A stretch of 64,000 bases of DNA from Candidatus Poribacteria bacterium (GTDB lineage: Bacteria > Poribacteria > WGA-4E > WGA-3G): NCBI GenBank assembly GCA_965214095.1, contig OZ243938.1:4192001-4256000 (forward strand), in the 5' to 3' direction. A model generated the notes under the pieces. It was not told the DNA's origin. It saw only the letters and a list, made by a program, of their open reading frames with translations, and did not search any database. Shown piece after piece: positions 19,966 to 29,051 of the stretch (its first letter is position 1; each line of letters begins with the position of its first letter). Both the position numbers and the translations under genes were made by a program.

Positions 19966-22900
19966 ATGTCAAATCAAAACATTAACTTGATATACCAATC
20001 AATAATTAGCAAACTCAGTGTCATTCGCCGTACATGGCGATGGCTAATCTTTTCAGATTGCCTGCTGAAATGGTTCAGCACGGTTGCTATTGTAATGACA
20101 GGAGTTCTTCTGGTTTTATATCTGCCACTTCCGCGTCTTTTCCGCAGTGGAATAGTGATAGTCTCATTAGGTTTATTGATTTATTTTACATTTCGCATTC
20201 TTGTCGTACCGCAATTACGTAAATTTTCACATACAAAAGTTGCTGCGTATCTTGAAAAATCGTATCCAAACATAGAAAATAGGATACTCAGTGCAGTTCA
20301 ACTTAAACCTACACTTGAGAACAACCGATTAGGGTATGCTCAGGAATTTGTTGAACAGTTGATAGAGCAGACACAAGATGATGTAGGGAAAATTGAACAG
20401 AAAAAGATATTTCAAACTGAATATAGGCAAATAAAACGAAATGCTGGAATTGCTGTAATTTCTATAGGAATTTTAGCACTCACTAATTTCCTTTTGCCTT
20501 CTGCCTTAAAGGGATTTTCGCAAACATTGGAGTCTTTACCAAAAACACCTATGGAAGGATTTACGGTACAGATAGAAGATGTAAGTCCTGGGAACGTCAA
20601 GATTAAGCGTGGTGAAGATGTTTCTATCAGTGCGAAAGTTAGTGGACACCTTGATGCCTCTGTTTATGTGTATTACCGATTAGTACAAGGCGATGAAGTT
20701 GAGGACAATCAAGTTCTTATGCAAGACTCAGCAGATACTGAACAGAATGTTGAAATGGCAGAGAATCAATTACCCCATCTTGTTGATAACGGTTCGTGGC
20801 AATCCATTCTGATGAACCGAGAGCCGACAGAGATTCCTTATACAACTACGATTGAGAACATTGATCGTTCCTTACAATACTATATTTCAACAAAAGATAT
20901 AGCATCTGAGCATTATCAAATTGCGGTAAGTCATGAACCGATTGTCAAGACCTTCCAACTGCAGCTTAACTATCCAGCATATACCCAAGTTCCGTCACAA
21001 ACTCTTGAAGCGAATACTGGAGATGCGGAAGTACTCTTTGGGACTGAGGTTGTGTTTACAGGTGAAAGCAATAAGCTGCTGTCCGAAGCGCATCTAATCT
21101 TTGAAGATGCAGAACTGATTAAGTTGAAAGTTAATGCAGAAACGGGAATGGAAGGAAGTTTTATTGCGGAGCAGGCAGGTACATACCATATTCAGATTCA
21201 GGATAACGAAGGATTAACAAACATTGATCCTCTTGTTTATACACTGAATGTCTACAAGGATTCACCCCCACAAGTTGAAATTGTTGAACCCGGCAAAGAC
21301 CTTGTTTTAGATAATGATATGCTTGTTAAACTCAAAGTTGAAGCAACTGATGACTATGGTATACAAGCACTCCAATTGGTGCATCGACTCCAAAAAGAGA
21401 ATGTAGATGATAGAATTGTAACACTGAAGCAAATTCCAACAAACACATCCCCACCACAGACATCACAGTTCATTGCATATACTTGGGATATTGACCCAAT
21501 TGGACTATTTCCTGGAGATATACTTTCCTATTATGTGCAGGCACTTGACACTGATGATGTTTCCGGACCAAATATCGGTAAATCACGTACATTCACGTTA
21601 CGATATCCAACATTGGACGAATTATATGAAGACCTCGCGACAGAACAAGAGGCAGAACAGTACGGATTAGACGAGTTATTTGATGAACAGTCTGAAGCAA
21701 CAGGGATTGTTGATGAACTCCTTGACAAGATCCGTAAGTTCCAAGAGTTTTCGCATTCAGATAAGAAACTGTTGCAGCAGGTTGTTGAATCCCAGGAAGA
21801 GATAGAGAAGAAAGCGAATGAACTTATCACTGGTATGGAACAGACAACTGCGGATATAGAGAAAAATCAACTCTTTGAACCAGAAACCATTCAGAAATAT
21901 CAGGAACTTCAAGAATTGATGAAGGAAGCACTTACAGAAGAGCATCAAGAACTCTTGAACAAATTGAACGAAGCGTTAGCACAACAGCAGTTGACTGAAC
22001 AAGAACGTTCAATGACAGAAGCGAATTTCGATCAAGAGCAGTTCCAACAGCAACTTGAACGTATGAAATCCTTATATCAACAATTGATAATGCAGCAGAA
22101 ACTTGAAGCAGCAGCCAAGCAGGCACAAGACCTCGCGGACCAGCAAAAGGAATTGATGGATTCGTTAGTTAATTCAGAGGCAACGGAATCTGAAACAACT
22201 GATACACAACAAAATGAAGACTCAGAACAAGGGCTACAAGCAGATACTTCATTAGAACAATCTGAACTCAATGATGTTGCACAAAAGGAAGATCGAATCA
22301 ATCAGGAATCTGATAAACTCAGTGAAAAGTTGGATACACTTGGTAACGAGATGTCAGAAATGGCAGAATCTCAAGATAATCCTGCACCACAAATCCAGAA
22401 AATTGCGGACGAAGTAAAGCGACTCAATGAATATACGAAAGATCAGAATCTATCGGAAAACCTACAAAATACGAGCGAGAATTTGCGGAATTCGCAGCCA
22501 CAGGATGCCCTCAGTACAGGTAGGGAAGCTGAACAAACAATGACAGAATTAGCACAAGGATTAGATAATGCATTGGAGTTTATGGAAGGTTCAAATGCGG
22601 ATCAGACATTAACTGCAATGCGAGAAGCGGTAAAGAGTGGTTTGTATCTTTCACATCTGCATGAGAATGTCATCAATCAGACGAGGGAGCTTGTCACAAC
22701 GAACATGCAGGAATATATACCGAGTGAAATTCTACGATTGCAGCAGCTTGCTGGTAAGGAGCTTAGTGCAGCAAACAGCATCGGTCAAATTGCGAATAAA
22801 CTATGGGACCTTGGTAAACAACAGATGGAGGTAGACCCCAAAATAGTTTGGCGACTGAATGAATCCAGTGATGCGTTGGAACGTGCTGCGCGTGCCTTGG

Positions 22901-23577
22901 AAGATCGTCAGACCAATCTTGCGCTCCCAATCCAAAGACAAGGACTTGCTGATCTCAATCAAGCAGTTTTTGACCTACTCAATGCGATGGCACAGATGAA
23001 CCAACAGATGGGTGCGGGTGGATTGCAGGATATGTTGGAGCAGCTGCAACAACTTGCGCAAAGTCAAGAGCAGTTGAATCAGATGGCACAGAACCTGAGT
23101 CAACAGATGCGTGAACAAGGGAGGACTCCGGGACTCCAACAGCGACTTGAACGGCTTGCCGGACAACAACAACTAATTCGCGAAGCAACTGAACGGCTGG
23201 CAGAGTTAGTTGAAGAAGCTGCAGAAATGCTTGGAAGTCTAAAGGATGTAGCTGAGGAAATGGGTGATGTTGAGAGAAAACTTGAGCAAGGCACACTCAA
23301 TGATGATGTTATTGAACAGCAAGAAAGAATAGTTACAAGAATGTTAGATAGTTTAAAATCATTACAAAAACGTGATGTCGGTAAAAAACGGAAAGCCGAA
23401 GTTGCCAAGAGACCGACAACTCCTCCTCAAGATGTGCCTCCGTTACATCCTGAGTTATTAGAAATCGTTCGCGAACTTGAAACTAATCCAAATGCTAAGG
23501 AATTGGAAAATATACCTTTCCAATATCGTGAACAACTCAGACAGTATTTTAAGGCACTCTCACAGAAGATACAGTAG
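19966..23577 (+). CDS. DUF4175-like large membrane-anchored coiled-coil protein
   Basis: N-terminal TMs, NRILSAVQL, Ig-like middle region (YPAYT, DDYGI), long Q/E-rich coiled coil and terminal PFQYREQLRQYF. Confidence 0.7.
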   Translation: MSNQNINLIYQSIISKLSVIRRTWRWLIFSDCLLKWFSTVAIVMTGVLLVLYLPLPRLFRSGIVIVSLGLLIYFTFRILVVPQLRKFSHTKVAAYLEKSYPNIENRILSAVQLKPTLENNRLGYAQEFVEQLIEQTQDDVGKIEQKKIFQTEYRQIKRNAGIAVISIGILALTNFLLPSALKGFSQTLESLPKTPMEGFTVQIEDVSPGNVKIKRGEDVSISAKVSGHLDASVYVYYRLVQGDEVEDNQVLMQDSADTEQNVEMAENQLPHLVDNGSWQSILMNREPTEIPYTTTIENIDRSLQYYISTKDIASEHYQIAVSHEPIVKTFQLQLNYPAYTQVPSQTLEANTGDAEVLFGTEVVFTGESNKLLSEAHLIFEDAELIKLKVNAETGMEGSFIAEQAGTYHIQIQDNEGLTNIDPLVYTLNVYKDSPPQVEIVEPGKDLVLDNDMLVKLKVEATDDYGIQALQLVHRLQKENVDDRIVTLKQIPTNTSPPQTSQFIAYTWDIDPIGLFPGDILSYYVQALDTDDVSGPNIGKSRTFTLRYPTLDELYEDLATEQEAEQYGLDELFDEQSEATGIVDELLDKIRKFQEFSHSDKKLLQQVVESQEEIEKKANELITGMEQTTADIEKNQLFEPETIQKYQELQELMKEALTEEHQELLNKLNEALAQQQLTEQERSMTEANFDQEQFQQQLERMKSLYQQLIMQQKLEAAAKQAQDLADQQKELMDSLVNSEATESETTDTQQNEDSEQGLQADTSLEQSELNDVAQKEDRINQESDKLSEKLDTLGNEMSEMAESQDNPAPQIQKIADEVKRLNEYTKDQNLSENLQNTSENLRNSQPQDALSTGREAEQTMTELAQGLDNALEFMEGSNADQTLTAMREAVKSGLYLSHLHENVINQTRELVTTNMQEYIPSEILRLQQLAGKELSAANSIGQIANKLWDLGKQQMEVDPKIVWRLNESSDALERAARALEDRQTNLALPIQRQGLADLNQAVFDLLNAMAQMNQQMGAGGLQDMLEQLQQLAQSQEQLNQMAQNLSQQMREQGRTPGLQQRLERLAGQQQLIREATERLAELVEEAAEMLGSLKDVAEEMGDVERKLEQGTLNDDVIEQQERIVTRMLDSLKSLQKRDVGKKRKAEVAKRPTTPPQDVPPLHPELLEIVRELETNPNAKELENIPFQYREQLRQYFKALSQKIQ

Positions 23578-23586
23578 TTACTATTA

Positions 23587-23830
23587 TAGTGAAATGTAAA
23601 AATACGTTCACACTCCTCGGTAGATGCGGTTTCCTAATTGCATCTATGAGACAGAACAAACACCGGTTCGGTTAGGAAACCGAACCGATTTTGCGCTAAA
23701 ACCTTTCATAATCAGTTTCCTTGTAGTTTCCGGTTCGGTTAGGAAACCGAACCTACCGGCTTGGGTATTTAGTAGGAGTTAAGAAAATCCTAAAACTAAA
23801 TAACCCTATTAAAGAACCTACTGGAGCGTC
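23587..23830. repeat. Composite MITE/REP mosaic
   Basis: Begins with a near copy of 2007-2105, contains two GGTTCGGTTAGGAAACCGAACC hairpins, an inverted repeat GGGTATTTAGT...ACTAAATAACCC and a GAACCTAC remnant. Confidence 0.75.
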
Positions 23831-23840
23831 CATTCGGACA

Positions 23841-23926
23841 TTGTAGGTCGGGTAGAGACACGACACCCGACTTTATTGATGATAAATGGCTGCATGTCGG
23901 GTTTCGTTCCTCTACCCGACCTACAA
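23841..23926. repeat. REPIN-type inverted REP pair (second REP family)
   Basis: Perfect 17-bp arms TTGTAGGTCGGGTAGAG / CTCTACCCGACCTACAA, each half having an internal GTCGGGT...ACCCGAC hairpin. Confidence 0.8.
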
Positions 23927-24015
23927 GATTAGTATAGACAGAACACTACTTTATTGCACAATCTCTTGGAAAATGCTAAAATGTTGAAAATCAAATAATA
24001 GAGTTAAGGAGATCT

Positions 24016-25035
24016 ATGCAAACAAATGTCAGCATCGTAGAAGATGCATTTTATATAAATGGTGAAATTACCTATTCAGGACGTAACTACGAAGGACACA
24101 AGATAGAAGGACTGTTGCTTAATAGTCGTATGGTGCAAGGCATCTTTGATGATAGAAATCCGGAAACAATACACCGTTGGGAATATCCGGATACGGGTAA
24201 ATGGGATGCAGAACGCAACACCCGTGAATTTTTGTCGGCAATGCCAGCGTGGCATGCACACGGAGTATTAGCATTCACAATAAACTTACAAGGTGGAAGT
24301 CCAGAAGGATATTCAAAATCGCAGCCGTGGCATAATTCGGGAATAGAAGCCGATGGAAGTCTAAATCCCGATTATCTTTCTCGTCTCAAACGTATCATTG
24401 ACTTTGCTGATGAACTTGGTATGGTGGTTATTCTTGGTTACTTTTATTTTGGACAAGACCATCGACTGAAAGATGAAGATGCAGTAAAACGCGCAACTGA
24501 TAATGCTACTAACTGGCTTTTTGATAACGGATATACCAACGTTATTGTTGAAGTAAATAACGAATGTAACGTTAGGTATTCACATGAAATACTACAACCA
24601 GAAAGAGTGCATGAATTGATTGAACGTGTTAAATCCATAAACCGAGATGGCAGAAGATATTTGGTTGGGACAAGTTATGGTGGTGGACGTGTGCCATTTG
24701 AAAATGTGGTGCGTGCATCTGACTTTATACTTGTTCACGGCAACGGTGTCAGAGATCCGAATCGTATCATGGAAATGGTTCAGCAGACACGGCATGTCCC
24801 TGGTTACCGTCCGATGCCGATACTGTTCAATGAAGATGACCATTTTGACTTTGATAAACCGATGAATAACTGTATGGCTGCTATCAGTCAATACGCTTCT
24901 TGGGGATATTTTGATCCGGGTGAAAATGATTACCATCATGGGTATCAATCCGTTCCTGTGCAGTGGCAAATAAACACTCCGAGGAAACGTGCCTTTTTTC
25001 AAAAGATACGCGACATCACAGGACACGGTAAATAG
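24016..25035 (+). CDS. Conserved protein with probable glycoside-hydrolase TIM-barrel fold
   Basis: EVNNE acid/base-like motif, PILFNEDD nucleophile-like motif and ADELGMVV. Confidence 0.6.
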   Translation: MQTNVSIVEDAFYINGEITYSGRNYEGHKIEGLLLNSRMVQGIFDDRNPETIHRWEYPDTGKWDAERNTREFLSAMPAWHAHGVLAFTINLQGGSPEGYSKSQPWHNSGIEADGSLNPDYLSRLKRIIDFADELGMVVILGYFYFGQDHRLKDEDAVKRATDNATNWLFDNGYTNVIVEVNNECNVRYSHEILQPERVHELIERVKSINRDGRRYLVGTSYGGGRVPFENVVRASDFILVHGNGVRDPNRIMEMVQQTRHVPGYRPMPILFNEDDHFDFDKPMNNCMAAISQYASWGYFDPGENDYHHGYQSVPVQWQINTPRKRAFFQKIRDITGHGK

Positions 25036-25048
25036 AAAGGAAATATAA

Positions 25049-25831
25049 ATGTTACCAGGAATAGAACCATATCATGTTGCCATAGCAATCGGAGTGATTA
25101 TTATGATAGCAACGAGCGTTCGGATTCTCAAAGAATACGAGCGCGCAGTCATATTCAGATTAGGACGATTTACCAACACACGCGGTCCAGGGTTAGTTCT
25201 GATGATACCTTTTTGGATTGAACGGATGCAGCGCATTAGTCTAAGAGTGATCGTAAACGATGTTACCCCACAAGATGTAATCACTAAAGATAACGTATCT
25301 GTCAATGTTAATGCTGTTCTGACCTTTCGGGTGACGGAACCTGATAGAGCAGTCATTGAAGTGGAAGATTTCGGTTTTGCTATTAGTCAAACCGCGCAAA
25401 CAACGCTTCGAAGTGCGCTTGGTCGTGCTGAACTTGACGATCTGTTATCTGAACGTGAAAAACTCAATCAGGATTTAGGAGAAATAATTAAGAAGCAGTG
25501 TGAACCGTGGGGTGTTGAAGTTCTTTCAATGGAGATAAAACACGTTGATCTACCAATTGAGATGCAACGTCTGATGGCAAAGCAGGCAGAGGCGGAGAGA
25601 GAACGGAGAGCAAAAGTAGTTCATGCAGAAGGTGAATTTGAGTCTGCACAAGTTCTTACCAATGCTGCAGAAATCCTTAGCGAAACTCCTACCGCTATTC
25701 AACTTCGATTTCTTCAGGCATTAGTTGAAGTAAGTGCGGAGAAAAATTCAACAGTTATCTTCCCAATTCCAATTGATCTGTTGAGTCCCTTCATTAAGCA
25801 GCAAACTATAGAAACAACGAAAGAGGAATAG
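25049..25831 (+). CDS. SPFH/stomatin (slipin) family protein
   Basis: [19 protein letters not shown] and [11 protein letters not shown] motifs. Confidence 0.95.
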   Translation: MLPGIEPYHVAIAIGVIIMIATSVRILKEYERAVIFRLGRFTNTRGPGLVLMIPFWIERMQRISLRVIVNDVTPQDVITKDNVSVNVNAVLTFRVTEPDRAVIEVEDFGFAISQTAQTTLRSALGRAELDDLLSEREKLNQDLGEIIKKQCEPWGVEVLSMEIKHVDLPIEMQRLMAKQAEAERERRAKVVHAEGEFESAQVLTNAAEILSETPTAIQLRFLQALVEVSAEKNSTVIFPIPIDLLSPFIKQQTIETTKEE

Positions 25832-25835
25832 TTGC

Positions 25836-26897
25836 TTAAAGCCAATCTTCATCATAGAAGGGAGTACTCGGATAACTGTAGGTATTTCCTTCAAAGTTTC
25901 GGAGTTGGATTTCATCGTCATCAAAAGCAACGACGGGATCAGGGATTAAGGCGATTTTTCCGCCGCCACCGGGGGCATCAATGACATAATGCGGTACACC
26001 AAGTCCGGAGATATGTCCGCGTAATGCAGAAACGATATCTAATCCTGTTTTGACTGCTGTTCTGAAATGGTCAGTTCCCACGACAAGATCTGCTTGATAG
26101 ATATAGTAAGGTTTAACACGTATCCGCAGTAAGCCTTTCATCAGTTCTACCATAACTTGCGGATCGTCATTTACGCCTTTGAGTAAAACTGCTTGGTTTC
26201 CGAGTGGAATACCTGCATCGGCTAACATACCACACGCTTTTTCCGTTTCAGGTGTGATTTCGCGTGGATGATTGAAGTGGGTATTGATATAGAATGGGTG
26301 GTTTCGTTTTAAGATATTACACAATTCGGGTGTAATACGTTGGGGTAGGGTTACCGGGACACGTGATCCAATTCGAATAATTTCTATATGTTCGATAGCA
26401 CGGAGTCCGCTAACTATCATATCAATTTTCTTATCAGTTAGCATCAACGGATCACCGCCTGAAATAATTACATCACGAATTTCAGGGTGTTCCTGAATAT
26501 AAGCAAGACCTATTTCAATATTGTTTTCAGAGATTGAATGAGGATCTCCTACCTTCCTTTTTCGCGTGCAGAAACGACAATAGATCGGACACATGTAATT
26601 CACATAGAAGAGAACACGGTCGGGATATCGATGCGTGACGTTAGGCACATCACTATCATCCTCTTCATGAAGTGGATCTTCAACACCTGTGCTGATGAGC
26701 TCTTTCGTATCTGGAACCACTTGCTTCCAAATCGCGTCACCGGGTTTCTCAATTAGACTGAGATAATATGGATTTATTCGGATAGGAAATTCTTTGTGTA
26801 TTCGACGCATCTCTTCAATGTCTACATCATCGAATATAGCGGCAAGTTTTTCTGGTGTGTTGACGGTATCCCTAACAAGTTGTTTCCATACTTCCAT
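25836..26897 (-). CDS. KamA-family radical SAM aminomutase (lysine 2,3-aminomutase-like)
   Basis: THRYPDRV, CPIYCRFCTR, SGGDPL and DAPGGGGK (PLP lysine) motifs. Confidence 0.92.
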   Translation of the reverse strand: MEVWKQLVRDTVNTPEKLAAIFDDVDIEEMRRIHKEFPIRINPYYLSLIEKPGDAIWKQVVPDTKELISTGVEDPLHEEDDSDVPNVTHRYPDRVLFYVNYMCPIYCRFCTRKRKVGDPHSISENNIEIGLAYIQEHPEIRDVIISGGDPLMLTDKKIDMIVSGLRAIEHIEIIRIGSRVPVTLPQRITPELCNILKRNHPFYINTHFNHPREITPETEKACGMLADAGIPLGNQAVLLKGVNDDPQVMVELMKGLLRIRVKPYYIYQADLVVGTDHFRTAVKTGLDIVSALRGHISGLGVPHYVIDAPGGGGKIALIPDPVVAFDDDEIQLRNFEGNTYSYPSTPFYDEDWL

Positions 26898-26937
26898 ATT
26901 GGCTGATCCTTTCAATAACTAATAACATTGACAATAA

Positions 26938-27471
26938 TCAGTTCTGTTCTTCTGTAGATGTGTAAGTAACTTCGGTCATTATGTCACCTTCACGCAGTTT
27001 ATCAACAACATCAATTCCTTCAATGACGCGTCCGAATGTAGTATAACTGCCGTTTAAATGTGCATATCCGTTAGTATCTTCGTTTAAACAGATATAGAAT
27101 TGACTTCCCGCAGAATCTGGTGAAGGCTTGCGTGCCATAGCAATAACACCTTTCTCGTGTGGTGGCATTTTCTTTTTAAGTTCTGGATTCTGGAATTCTC
27201 CTGGGATCGTCCAACCAGGTCCACCAGTGCCAGTACCGTCGGGGTCCCCTCCTTGTATGACAAAACCCTTTACATAGCGGTGAAATGTCAAACCGTCATA
27301 GAATCCTGCTTCAACTAATTTTACAAAATTCTTAACAGTGGCAGGTGCACAGTCGGGGTAAAGTTCAATTATTATGTTTCCTTTATCTGTTTTAAACGTT
27401 ACAATTGATAATTGATTATCGGCACTTGAATAAGTGGTGGATAGAAGATTACTCAATAGACTTATGTGCAT
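26938..27471 (-). CDS. Cyclophilin-type peptidyl-prolyl isomerase
   Basis: FYDGLTFHR, IQGGDPDGTGTGGPG, AGSQFYI and YTTFGRV motifs. Confidence 0.95.
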   Translation of the reverse strand: MHISLLSNLLSTTYSSADNQLSIVTFKTDKGNIIIELYPDCAPATVKNFVKLVEAGFYDGLTFHRYVKGFVIQGGDPDGTGTGGPGWTIPGEFQNPELKKKMPPHEKGVIAMARKPSPDSAGSQFYICLNEDTNGYAHLNGSYTTFGRVIEGIDVVDKLREGDIMTEVTYTSTEEQN

Positions 27472-27520
27472 TTTTCCTCGTAGAAGTTATTTGTTTTTTT
27501 CTTATGATTAAACTATTCAG

Positions 27521-27552
27521 ATATTGAGATAGGTAGACTACTATCTCAATAT
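27521..27552. promoter_or_regulatory. Perfect 12-bp-arm inverted repeat in a divergent intergenic region (possible operator or RNA hairpin)
   Basis: ATATTGAGATAG-GTAGACTA-CTATCTCAATAT. Confidence 0.45.
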
Positions 27553-27750
27553 TCAATTACTCATGATACATGTTTTTGGGCATAAAGTCAAGTGAAATAT
27601 CAGTTGGTCACTTAAGATTATCTTGACATCATACTCTTTATTATGTTACCTTAATTCAATGATTATTGACTTGATAGCAGTACAAAATTTTCTAACAATA
27701 TATTTCAAATGGTCAGGAATAATTTCCAGCAGTAAAGTTACTATATCCCG

Positions 27751-27950
27751 GTCAATAACCCCGTGCTAAAGCATCGGGGCTTGTGCGAAGCGCATGCCAA
27801 ACGTTCACTCCACAAGTTAAACTATTTTCTACAGTCATATATCGGGTGTTCTGAACGTGGCAGTCCAATGTATGTTTCGGATGCTCCCCAAGTCCGATTC
27901 CTCTACGAATACCCGATCTGGATGGGGCAATATATACTCTTCGGAGGTTT
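27751..27950 (+). ncRNA. Putative omega-RNA scaffold
   Basis: Structured leader directly 5' of the PLMP protein: end hairpin, long-range stem ATCGGGTGTTC/GAATACCCGAT, CGGATGCTCCCCAAGTCCG hairpin whose loop can pair with the downstream TGGGG, and a terminal CTC-TTCG-GAG hairpin. The 3' end is approximate. Confidence 0.75.
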
Positions 27951-27954
27951 ACAC

Positions 27955-28962
27955 ATCTTAGTTCCAGTAATAGACAAAAATCAACACCCTCTCATGCCTA
28001 CAAAACCCTCACGGGCGAGGCGTTGGATACAAACAGGGAAAGCGACACCCTTTTGGAATAATGGTATATTTTGCGTCCGACTAAATGTTGATCCATCAGA
28101 CACTGAACTCCAAGACATAGTGGTTGGTGTGGATCCTGGTAGTAAGAAAGAAGGCTTTAGTGTGAAATCAGAGAAACATACTTATCTGAATGTGCAAGCG
28201 GACGCACATAACAAGGTTGGTAAAAAGGTTGAAAAAAGACGTGAACTTCGTAGATGTAGGCGTTCACGGAAGTGTCCTAATCGGAAAAATAGGACAAACA
28301 AACTTGCTAACAGAGAACGTCTACCTGCTGGCACGCGTGCGAGATGGGATTGGAAGTTAAGGGTCCTTAATTGGTTATCTAAACTCTATCCTATTAGTCA
28401 TGTATGTGTAGAAGACATCAAAGCACGGACTATCAAATGCGCTAAAAAGTGGAATCAATCTTTTAGTCCATTGGAAGTTGGTAAGCAGTGGTTCTATACT
28501 GAAATCAAGAAGCGATGGCACCTGCTAACACTCCAAGGATACGAAACAAAGGAAATCCGTGATAGGCTTGGGTTGAAAAAGTCTAAACAGAAGTTAGCAG
28601 AAACCTTTGACACACATTGTGTGGATAGTTGGTGTCTTGCTTATCATACTGTCGGCGGTGATAGCATACCAGATACGACAGATATATTCTGTATATCACC
28701 CATACCGATAGCCAGACGCAATCTACACAGAGAACAACCGAAAAAAGGGGGTATCCGTTCACGATATGGTGGCACTTTGCTAAAAGAAGGATTGGTCAAG
28801 AACACACTTGTCAAGCATATCAAATATGGATTGACAAGATTAGCAGGTGTCAACGCAAAAGGATTGTTTTCAATCTATAGCATTGATGGGGAACGATTGA
28901 CAACGGGTGCAAAACAAAGAGATTTCAAGGTGTTAACTAAACTAAACTTTCAATATAGATAG
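27955..28962 (+). CDS. isrB: IsrB RNA-guided nickase (IscB relative lacking HNH)
   Basis: PLMP motif (VPVIDKNQHPLMPTKPSRARRW), RuvC-I GVDPGSK, Arg-rich bridge helix RRELRRCRRSRK, RuvC-II CVEDIKA and RuvC-III THCVDSW, with no HNH insertion; ~335 aa. The start is uncertain (ATC after GGAGG). Confidence 0.88.
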   Translation: MLVPVIDKNQHPLMPTKPSRARRWIQTGKATPFWNNGIFCVRLNVDPSDTELQDIVVGVDPGSKKEGFSVKSEKHTYLNVQADAHNKVGKKVEKRRELRRCRRSRKCPNRKNRTNKLANRERLPAGTRARWDWKLRVLNWLSKLYPISHVCVEDIKARTIKCAKKWNQSFSPLEVGKQWFYTEIKKRWHLLTLQGYETKEIRDRLGLKKSKQKLAETFDTHCVDSWCLAYHTVGGDSIPDTTDIFCISPIPIARRNLHREQPKKGGIRSRYGGTLLKEGLVKNTLVKHIKYGLTRLAGVNAKGLFSIYSIDGERLTTGAKQRDFKVLTKLNFQYR

Positions 28963-29051
28963 GAACGGGCATTTCTCCCCGTGCTAAAGCAGCGGGGTCT
29001 CCTGCCCGATGATTAGATGAACTACTTACTTTTATCAGAAGGAGTTGAAAA

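Larger units (their letters stand above)
27751..29016 (+). mobile_element. Non-autonomous IS200/IS605-superfamily IsrB (OMEGA) element
   Basis: Both ends carry the hairpin CCCCGTGCTAAAGCA(T/G)CGGGG. The element starts GTCAA and is followed by ATGA. It contains isrB but no tnpA. Confidence 0.88.

Noticed and set aside
27763-27954. N-terminal 64-aa extension of IsrB in the ORF track
   Set aside because: It overlaps the transposon end hairpin and the predicted omega-RNA. Homology begins at the PLMP region.
27955-28962. Calling this protein IscB or Cas9
   Set aside because: There is no HNH or CxxC segment between RuvC-II and RuvC-III, it is too short, and there is no array.
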